Positions 17,185-23,984 of a stretch of DNA of 64,000 nucleotides are shown in pieces. The DNA comes from an uncultured Candidatus Micrarchaeota archaeon (lineage in GTDB: Archaea; Micrarchaeota; Micrarchaeia; Micrarchaeales; CABMGC01), in assembly GCA_963833485.1 (NCBI GenBank), contig CAWHXT010000006.1, positions 31,900 to 95,899 on the forward strand. The letters run 5' to 3'. How positions within the stretch are numbered: the first letter of the stretch is position 1; every line of letters starts with the position of its first letter. A program made the translations under genes and the position numbers. The notes beneath the pieces were generated by a model. It worked only from the letters and a program-made list of their open reading frames with translations, did no database searches and had not been told where the DNA came from.

Positions 17185-17421
17185 TCACCTTACTCTGATT
17201 TGCTTTGCTTCCCTGCTCGTGTCTGGAAGCCTAATCATGTCGTTTACCTTGACCCTGCCTGCAAGGTTTCTCCTTATCACCCTTCCTCTGTCTGGGCCTT
17301 CGAGTATCTTGCACATGACCTGCCTAACCTCTCCATAGATGCCAGTCCTTCCCTTGATTACTTCTACGACCTGTGCTAGGAATCCATCGAATTTTCTAGG
17401 AGCTTCAGCCATTGGTTTCAC
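17185..17421 (-). CDS. rps28e: 30S ribosomal protein S28e
   Basis: FLAQVVEVIKGRTGIYGEVRQVMCKILEGPDRGRVIRRNLAGRVKVNDMIRLPDTSREAKQI. Third of the conserved L7Ae-S28e-L24e gene order. Confidence 0.88.
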   Translation of the reverse strand: MKPMAEAPRKFDGFLAQVVEVIKGRTGIYGEVRQVMCKILEGPDRGRVIRRNLAGRVKVNDMIRLPDTSREAKQIRVR

Positions 17422-17909
17422 TTCTTATCTGTTTGTGGCGCTTCAGGCTTGGGTGCCTTCTGCTTCGGTGCTTGAGCTGGCTTCTCTGGCTTTGCCTCCT
17501 TCTTCTCAGCTGCCTTTGGTGCATTCTCTGCCTTAGGTGAAGAAGGCACTTTTCCAGTTACCTTTCCAACCACATCCTTTATAGCGACCTCTGCCGCACC
17601 GCCTTTCTCTATCGCGATTGCTGCGCAAGGAACCTTCAATCCTGCCGCATTGCCAAGGCTCTGCTTAGTCGGTACGTATACAAAAGGAATCTTCTTCTGC
17701 TCGCATAGCATCGGGAGGTGCATCACAACTTCCTCAGGTTCGACGTCTTCAGCGATCACAACTAAAGAAGAGAGCCCTCGCTCTATACTCTTCGTTGCCT
17801 CGTTGACGCCCTTCCTTATGCTTCCACCCTGCTTCGCAAGCCTTACCGCTTCCAAAGCCTTATCTGAGACTTCCTTCGACACTTCGAACTTTACGTAACT
17901 CTTTGCCAT
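17418..17909 (-). CDS. rpl7ae: 50S ribosomal protein L7Ae with a ~42-aa Lys/Pro/Ala/Glu-rich C-terminal extension
   Basis: The core RKGVNEATKSIERGLSSLVVIAEDVEPEEVVMHLPMLCEQKKIPFVYVPTKQSLG is followed by PSSPKAENAPKAAEKKEAKPEKPAQAPKQKAPKPEAPQTDKK. Confidence 0.88.
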   Translation of the reverse strand: MAKSYVKFEVSKEVSDKALEAVRLAKQGGSIRKGVNEATKSIERGLSSLVVIAEDVEPEEVVMHLPMLCEQKKIPFVYVPTKQSLGNAAGLKVPCAAIAIEKGGAAEVAIKDVVGKVTGKVPSSPKAENAPKAAEKKEAKPEKPAQAPKQKAPKPEAPQTDKK

Positions 17910-18084
17910 ATATTCAACCTCGTTTCATTGGTTTCATTCAGCATCAAAATGTGACAGTCTGACCTGAACAAATAGTAAAGATTATTTGGTAGGTTAGGTA
18001 TAAATAGCTTTCATTTTGTTAGAATTACTTTCGTCTTTCCAAAACATCTCTCTTCAAATTTTCTTCAAATATTGCCGAGAAAGC

Positions 18085-18390
18085 TTAGCCGTGTTCGTGT
18101 TCGTTGACGTCTCTAAGCGCTTTTCTGAATTCTTTAATCTTACCTTCTATTCCCTGCCCTTCCTTGAATGTTTGACTATATCCAAATTTGCTTTGCATGT
18201 CACCTATTTCTTCAGCGATCATCCCGTTAAAGAAATGCTGGACCCATAGAGGCTCTGTTTGGATGCGCCTTAGAAGACCTCCAACTTCTCATGCATATAC
18301 CGATGCGACTGACAAATCTTGCTCTGTTGGATGTGTTTCTTTTAATTTTTTCCTGAGTGAAGCTGCATCTTCGATTTTTCTTTTTGGCAT
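18085..18390 (-). pseudogene. 101-codon ORF interrupted by one in-frame TGA (codon 34); unknown function
   Basis: Manual reverse-complement translation gives MPKRKIEDAASLRKKLKETHPTEQDLSVASVYA-TGA-EVGGLLRRIQTEPLWVQHFFNGMIAEEIGDMQSKFGYSQTFKEGQGIEGKIKEFRKALRDVNEHEHG, stop TAA. The TGA is at 18289-18291. Plus-strand ORFs here look non-coding. Confidence 0.45.
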
Positions 18391-18455
18391 GTTACCACAT
18401 GGAGAATATATTTTGGCTCTTTAAATATATTCACTAGGGTTTTGTTTTGAATGAA

Positions 18456-20657
18456 TTAGTCGAGGAAAGTCTCTGGTGATGGAGGCTCCTCTGGGACGCC
18501 CTTCCTCTTCCTTATTTCTTTCACGACCTTCGCCTGAAGCTCCTTTGGCATCTTCTCGAACCCGGCGTATTCAGTGTACCATATTGCCCTTCCCTTCGTA
18601 GCGCTTCGCAACTCGTTCGAAAAGCCCTTGATAACCTCCGCGACAGGCATCTTCGCTATTATAGTAGCCTGTTCCCTCTCTTGCTGGATATCAAGTATCT
18701 GACCTCTCCTTCCCTGAAGCATGGTTATCACGTCAGATAGGTATTCCTGTGGAATGTTTACTGTGAACTTCTGCTTTGGCTCGACAAGCGTCACGCCGGA
18801 CATCAGCATACCTGCGTATATCGGCCTTCTCATCGCTGGTATTATCTGTGCGGGTCCCCTGTGGACCGGATCCTCGTGAATCGTGGCGTCGGTTACCGAA
18901 ACTTTTAGGCCTGAAACTTTTTCTCTAGCAAGAGGGCCGTCTTTCACCGCTTCCATGAAACCTTCGTTTAATAACTCCTGTACCTCATTCATGTATTGGA
19001 CCCCTTTCGTGATGTCGATAAGCACGTTAGAACCTGAAAGACAGATCACTCCCTTTGCCTGATCTCTTGGCATGCCGCCCTTTACGAAATCTTCTATGAT
19101 TTGCTTGCCCTTCGGCTTCCCTTCCTTCAGCTCGTTCTGCTCAAGATACTCTACGACCCCCGGTTCGAGTGGCTCGACGTTGACATAAAATCTCGAATGC
19201 TTGTTCGGCGCCTTTCCTTCAACGTTCATCGTAGGCTTTTCAATTGTCTCTCGGTAAACCACTATCGGCTCGCTGGTCTCTATCGCTATCTTGAAATCGT
19301 CCTTGATTTTGGTCTCTATGATCTCGAGATGCAATTCCCCCATTCCACTCACCAGGTGCTCTCCCGTTTCCTGATTTATCTCAACAACCATGGTCTGGTC
19401 TTCTTTCGATAGATCCCTAAGCGCCTCTATAAGCTTCATCGTGTCTCTTGGATCCTTGGCCTCGATCGCCTTTGTCACCACTGGCTTGGAATAGTGTTTT
19501 ATCTGCTCGAACGGCTCTATCCCGCTCTCGCTTGCTGTGTCTCCTATTGCGAGGTCTTTCAATCCTACGAGCGCAACAATGTTTCCTGCAGGCACTTGCT
19601 CTACTTGAACTCTATCAGGACCCATGTAAAGCCCTACCTGCTGCACCCTTTGCGTTTCCGCTTGACCTGAGATATGAAGCTCCGTGCCCTTTTTCACTGT
19701 CCCTGAAAAAACTCTTGCTATTCCGATGTCTCCTCCATGTGGGTCGTAGCTCACCCCAAATACGATCATATTAGCAGGTGCGCTCTGGTCAACAGATGTC
19801 ATCGCCTTCCCGTCAGGGCTGTTTATGTCCCCATGCCAAAGATGTGGAATCCTGTAAGCCTGAGCAACTGATGGATCAGGAAGATGCTCTATGATCATCT
19901 GCAGCGCTGCTTCGTCTATAGGTGCGACAGCCTGGAGCTTCTCTTCGTCATTCGCCGCCGTGAGGGCGTAAATGTCCTTGAACGTCACCTTGTACTTCTT
20001 CATTATCTTCATCGATATTGCCCACTTCCTTACGGCAGATCCTATGCATACACTCCCGTCGTCTACACTGACGTGCCATTTACCCATGAATTCTTCAGGA
20101 CAATAAGCGTCGATAAGCTTGTTTACTGCATTTATCAGGTTCAGCAACCTTTCGTAAGTCTGCTCCTGCGTAAGTCTCAGTTCTGTCAGAAGCCTGTCCA
20201 CTTTGTTTATGAAAAGTACCGGTTTGGCCTTTTCCTTCAAGGCCTGCCTCACAACTGTCTCTGTTTGGGGCATTACCCCTTCCACAGGATCCACAACAAG
20301 CACAATTCCATCGACAGCACGCATCGATCTCGTGACGTGACCCCCAAAGTCGACGTGACCTGGAGTGTCAATCAGGTTGATTATGTAATCCTTTCCAAGG
20401 TAAGGAAAAGCGAGAGAGATCGCGGCAGACTTGATCGTCATCTTCCTGTCCTTTTCTATCGCTTCGTAGTTTGTATAAAGTACTTCTCCGGCTATCTGCT
20501 TTGATATTATCCCAGCACGTGCGAGCAGAGAGTCTGTGAGTGTGGTCTTTCCGTGGTGGACGTGTGCTACGATAGCGACGTTCCTTATCCTCGCTACATC
20601 GTGCATTATGTCGTGCAACTTCATCCGCGACGAACTCTTTTCTGACCATCTTCTCAC
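18456..20657 (-). CDS. fusA: translation elongation factor aEF-2
   Basis: 733 aa. G1 motif AHVHHGKTTL, DTPGHVDF, and the diphthamide-site context HEDPVHRGPAQIIPA. Confidence 0.95.
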   Translation of the reverse strand: MRRWSEKSSSRMKLHDIMHDVARIRNVAIVAHVHHGKTTLTDSLLARAGIISKQIAGEVLYTNYEAIEKDRKMTIKSAAISLAFPYLGKDYIINLIDTPGHVDFGGHVTRSMRAVDGIVLVVDPVEGVMPQTETVVRQALKEKAKPVLFINKVDRLLTELRLTQEQTYERLLNLINAVNKLIDAYCPEEFMGKWHVSVDDGSVCIGSAVRKWAISMKIMKKYKVTFKDIYALTAANDEEKLQAVAPIDEAALQMIIEHLPDPSVAQAYRIPHLWHGDINSPDGKAMTSVDQSAPANMIVFGVSYDPHGGDIGIARVFSGTVKKGTELHISGQAETQRVQQVGLYMGPDRVQVEQVPAGNIVALVGLKDLAIGDTASESGIEPFEQIKHYSKPVVTKAIEAKDPRDTMKLIEALRDLSKEDQTMVVEINQETGEHLVSGMGELHLEIIETKIKDDFKIAIETSEPIVVYRETIEKPTMNVEGKAPNKHSRFYVNVEPLEPGVVEYLEQNELKEGKPKGKQIIEDFVKGGMPRDQAKGVICLSGSNVLIDITKGVQYMNEVQELLNEGFMEAVKDGPLAREKVSGLKVSVTDATIHEDPVHRGPAQIIPAMRRPIYAGMLMSGVTLVEPKQKFTVNIPQEYLSDVITMLQGRRGQILDIQQEREQATIIAKMPVAEVIKGFSNELRSATKGRAIWYTEYAGFEKMPKELQAKVVKEIRKRKGVPEEPPSPETFLD

Positions 20658-21454
20658 TATCTTGCGCTTCTTGCCATCCTTTCTGACTCAATCCTCTTCT
20701 TTATCGCGTAGCTGTTCGGATCCTTGTTTGCCGCCAGCATTATCTCATTTGCCAAAGCCTCGCTGAGCGGCTTCCTGTTCTTGAAAGCCCCGAGGATTGC
20801 GGCGAGGCCGAGATTCTTCAACGCAACGTTGACTCTCCTTACAGAACTTATGTCTACTGCGACGTTGTATGTTATGCCTCCATATCTCACTCTGGTTGTG
20901 TCCTCTATTGGCGCTGCCTGCTCAAGCGCGTCGATGAAAACTTGTATTGGATTTTTGCCAGTCTGCTTGTTGATTATCGCAAAAGCATCTTCGACTATAT
21001 GCATGACCTTGAGCTTCTTGCCCTGCAGGCTACCTTGGGTTCTTATTATCTTACCTCCAACTTTCCTTCCTGTTCCTCCACGCATCAACTTGTTCATCAA
21101 TCTCTCAATTATGCTGATATGAGATGTGTAGTAAGCGAGATTTTCTCTTCTTCCATATATGTTAGGGTAGCTTCTTGGAACCAGATTGATATATTCAGAA
21201 AGACTCTGGTCCTCCACAACAACATCTTTGAAACTGTATTTTTCAAAAAGCAGCTGCTCTGCAAGCACCAGCTCGACCTTTCTCTTTCTTATGGTGGGTG
21301 CGGGCGGCTGTTCAGCACCTTCAACGGCTTCAGCAGGGACCTGTTTTGTAGCCTCAACTGCCGGCTGTGTGGCTGTAGGTTGCTTTTTTCTTACTCTGGA
21401 GCTGGCCTTCTTAGGCTCTTCCTCCTTGATTTCTGCTGTTGGTTGGTCGGCCAT
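20657..21454 (-). CDS. rps7: 30S ribosomal protein S7 with a ~55-60-aa low-complexity N-terminal extension
   Basis: The core runs from LLFEKYSFKDVVVEDQSLSEYINL to RIESERMARSAR. It is preceded by MADQPTAEIKEEEPKKASSRVRKKQPTATQPAVEATKQVPAEAVEGAEQPPAPTIRKRK, with no internal Met that could serve as an alternative start. Confidence 0.9.
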   Translation of the reverse strand: MADQPTAEIKEEEPKKASSRVRKKQPTATQPAVEATKQVPAEAVEGAEQPPAPTIRKRKVELVLAEQLLFEKYSFKDVVVEDQSLSEYINLVPRSYPNIYGRRENLAYYTSHISIIERLMNKLMRGGTGRKVGGKIIRTQGSLQGKKLKVMHIVEDAFAIINKQTGKNPIQVFIDALEQAAPIEDTTRVRYGGITYNVAVDISSVRRVNVALKNLGLAAILGAFKNRKPLSEALANEIMLAANKDPNSYAIKKRIESERMARSAR

Positions 21455-21458
21455 GCTA

Positions 21459-21914
21459 TCATCTCTTCGGCTTCTCCTTCTTGCCCTTTATGATCTGATA
21501 AAGGTCAACTCCGTTTATTGCTACGACCCTGTACTTCCAGCCAGGGATGCATCCCATCTGCCCCGTCTGGGACCCGCCTAGCCCCTGAATCGTCACTTCG
21601 TCGTGCTCATCTATGAATCCTATTGAGCCGTCTCCAGGAACGAATGCCCCTACAATCCTGCCGTTCTTGACAAGCTGCACTGTGACTCCCTTTATCTGTC
21701 CGCTGTGAGGTTGCTTCTGCTGCCTTGCGCTCTTCTGCAGGACTATTGCCTTTGCCCTAGGCACAGTGCCAACGGCGTCGTACTTTTTCTTAAGATGGAA
21801 GTACTTCCTCTTCCACCACTTCTTAAGCATTCGCTGGTGTTTTCTCTTGCTAATCATTTCCTTTGCAGCAAATTCTCCTCTTGCCAATATAACACCATTA
21901 AGCGTAATTCTCAT
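21459..21914 (-). CDS. rps12: 30S ribosomal protein S12
   Basis: Likely ATG at 21914. The sequence PRAKAIVLQKSARQQKQPHSGQIKGVTVQLVKNGRIVGAFVPGDGSIGFIDEHDEVTIQGLGG matches archaeal S12. Confidence 0.9.
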   Translation of the reverse strand: MRITLNGVILARGEFAAKEMISKRKHQRMLKKWWKRKYFHLKKKYDAVGTVPRAKAIVLQKSARQQKQPHSGQIKGVTVQLVKNGRIVGAFVPGDGSIGFIDEHDEVTIQGLGGSQTGQMGCIPGWKYRVVAINGVDLYQIIKGKKEKPKR

Positions 21915-21937
21915 TAAGTATGTTCGAGTTCCCTGAC

Positions 21938-22204
21938 TCAAGTCACGGCGACACTGTTGATTGCGTAGGGTTTTCCGCAGACAGGTGCCGAGATCCTGAC
22001 CGAGCGCCTGCGGTGAAACTTCATGAACTTTATGCTTGCAACGCTGCATGCGTGCGAAATATCCTCCAGCACTGTCTTCTTTCCCTTCCCTGCGACAATC
22101 ACTAGCTTTGCGCTGTTGTCGTTAACGGCACGCATCACCTCGTTCGTGCCTAAGGCTACCTTTCCAGTGTCCACGGCAAGCCTTATATCTCGGGCTATAG
22201 TCAC
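21938..22204 (-). CDS. rpl30e: 50S ribosomal protein L30e
   Basis: 88 aa: IRLAVDTGKVALGTNEVMRAVNDNSAKLVIVAGKG...CGKPYAINSVAVT. Confidence 0.8.
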   Translation of the reverse strand: MTIARDIRLAVDTGKVALGTNEVMRAVNDNSAKLVIVAGKGKKTVLEDISHACSVASIKFMKFHRRRSVRISAPVCGKPYAINSVAVT

Positions 22205-22298
22205 TCATATGAAAACCGATAAAGAGATGCAGACAGCATCAAATAAGCGCAAAGGGGAAGTTCCTTTCCGCCGTGTAATTATCTCTCTGTAAAAGTAT

Positions 22299-23195
22299 TT
22301 AAAGCTTATCGCCGCGTTGAGAGTTTCCTAAGGGTTCGAGATGACTGTGTTGCACCCTCCCGTTCCCGAAAGCGCACGCGCCCAGGACGAGCTTGAAGTA
22401 TCCGAATAAGGGCACCTGCGTCACAACATACCCAATCACGCTGCTTTGCTTTGCGGGATAATTTCCGAACTGGAGTCGAAGCCTGGTTGTTGTCCCCTTT
22501 TGTTATAGTATAGTAGGTTCCATTAACATCCAGCACAGCGACCAGCCTATGAATTATGTCCCCACTGAACGGATCCTGGGTCGTTGTTGAGTATACGATT
22601 ATGGGATTGAGTAATTTTCGTGCACTATGTTGTTGCCTCATAGTGGAGGTGTCTGTTAAGATTATTTCCTTTACTGTGTACGGAGCGATTCCGCGTATCG
22701 AGTAGTTGTACTTTATCAAATTGCTTTCGTGGATTTGCCCCAACATAGCACAGATCCGTACTTTGAAGTCTGATTTAGATACTGATATTTTGAGATGCAT
22801 GCGGCGCTGTAAAGCGCGATGTTGTAATAATTGCCTCTGCTGGTACCACCTGTGATATGTTGGATTTGTTCCCATTGAAGTAAGCGAAATAAGTTAGGAA
22901 CTCGCTGCCTATGTTCAGCTCGAAGTTTGAGAAGTTGCTCTGCGAAATGCTTACCACAGGCACGTTCTGGCTCATTGAAGAATTTGGTGAAGTTATTTAT
23001 TCCGTGCAGCATTACAATATCCCCCCTGTGCAGTGTAGGGAGCATGCTGCAGCTTGCCACGACGTCGACTGGCGAGGAGGTGTTCAGCACCAATATCAGG
23101 ATTACCCATATTATTAGTGCGGCGCCTATGGCGGTCCCGATGTCCCAAAGCCCTTTCAGCAGTCCCTTCCTGCCTGAAGCTCTCCTTGACCTCAA
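22299..23195 (-). pseudogene. archaeal type I signal peptidase (S26B/Sec11-like) spread over three reading frames
   Basis: Box B SCSMLPTLHRGDIVMLHG is in frame A (ORF 22716..23195). The middle part is in frame A+1 (22775..22975). GDIIHRLVAV...ITKGDNN is in frame A+2 (22306..22875). The C-terminal part QFGNYPAKQSSVIGYVVTQVPLFGYFKLVL is back in frame A and ends at TAA 22299-22301. Confidence 0.7.
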
Positions 23196-23375
23196 TGATA
23201 AGTATGCCTATGAAGAAGAGGAACGCGAGGATGCCTATAAGCGGCATTGTTTAAGAATACGTAAAGCACAACGAGTATCACGAAGATAAGGTAAAAGGGC
23301 CACATCTGTATTGGCTTCCCTTTCTTGCTCTTAGGTGAAACCTGGCTCTTTTTTCCTTGGCAAGATTAAGCACCC

Positions 23376-23984
23376 TTAGGCTGCTGCGGAGTTGATTATA
23401 TTTGCAACCTGCAAACCTATAGCCTTTGACTCTCCATCGCTCTTGGCCACGCCTATAGCGGTGTCTGCGTTCACTATCAGCGAGTCGTTGTGGCTCACCA
23501 CAACAAACTGCGAGCCCTTGCTCATCTCCTTTATTAGGTGGGAGAGCTTCTTGGAGTTCTCCTTGTCGAGCGCAGAATCTACTTCGTCGAACAGGTAGAG
23601 CGATGATGGCTTGTACATGTGTATCGAGAAAATCAGCATGAGCATGACGAGAGACTTCTCTCCTCCAGAAAGGGAGCCCTCCCTCTTCGTGAGCTTACCA
23701 TCCAGCATCTTTATGTGAAGTCCGCTGTTGAACGGGTCCTTAGGGTCGTCGAGCTCTATCTGCGCGCTGCCTGGGAAGATGTAGTTGTAAAGCTTGGTGA
23801 AGTTCTTGTTCACTATCTCGAACGTCTCAAGGAATATCCTGTATTTCTTCGAGTCTATCTCCTCTATCATCTTGAGGATCGATTCCTTTTCATTGTCTAG
23901 CACCTCGAGCTTTGCCTGTGCCTCCTCCACATCCTTCTTCTTGGATGTCGTAGATTTCTGGCGCCTTGAGGTTGACATTCCCAA
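23376..23984 (-). CDS. smc: SMC chromosome-segregation ATPase, C-terminal head fragment (+1 frame relative to the N-terminal part)
   Basis: Signature motif LSGGEKSL, Walker B LYLFDEVDSALD and the D-loop are present. The ORF overlaps the end of the 963-aa ORF by 95 nt. Confidence 0.85.
   Translation of the reverse strand: MGMSTSRRQKSTTSKKKDVEEAQAKLEVLDNEKESILKMIEEIDSKKYRIFLETFEIVNKNFTKLYNYIFPGSAQIELDDPKDPFNSGLHIKMLDGKLTKREGSLSGGEKSLVMLMLIFSIHMYKPSSLYLFDEVDSALDKENSKKLSHLIKEMSKGSQFVVVSHNDSLIVNADTAIGVAKSDGESKAIGLQVANIINSAAA

Noticed and set aside
18289-18291. Selenocysteine or genome-wide TGA reassignment as the explanation for the in-frame TGA
   Set aside because: TGA terminates amt and the hydrogenase large subunit at the expected positions. 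Long ORFs are not riddled with TGA. There is no redox CxxU-type context and no SECIS-like GC-rich hairpin in the AT-rich 3' region. This is not fully excluded without a whole-genome search for the sel genes.
18016-18424. Plus-strand ORFs 18016..18249 and 18188..18424
   Set aside because: Their composition (Phe/Leu/Ser/Cys-rich) is non-coding-like. The minus strand carries a more plausible 101-codon frame, interrupted by one TGA.
19884-20504. 206-aa plus-strand ORF, with several others (19101..19412, 19448..19774), inside the aEF-2 gene
   Set aside because: These are antisense shadow ORFs of a strongly conserved gene. Their Arg/Leu/Cys/His-rich composition is typical of non-coding frames.
23196-23320. 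Short hydrophobic reading frames upstream of the signal peptidase (MPLIGILAFLFFIGILIIEVKE and MWPFYLIFVILVVLYVFLNN), as extra N-terminal TM segments or a separate small gene
   Set aside because: Each stays open for only about 20-40 codons before turning into junk, and they are in different frames. With several frame changes already present in this locus, I could not reconstruct a defensible gene model.
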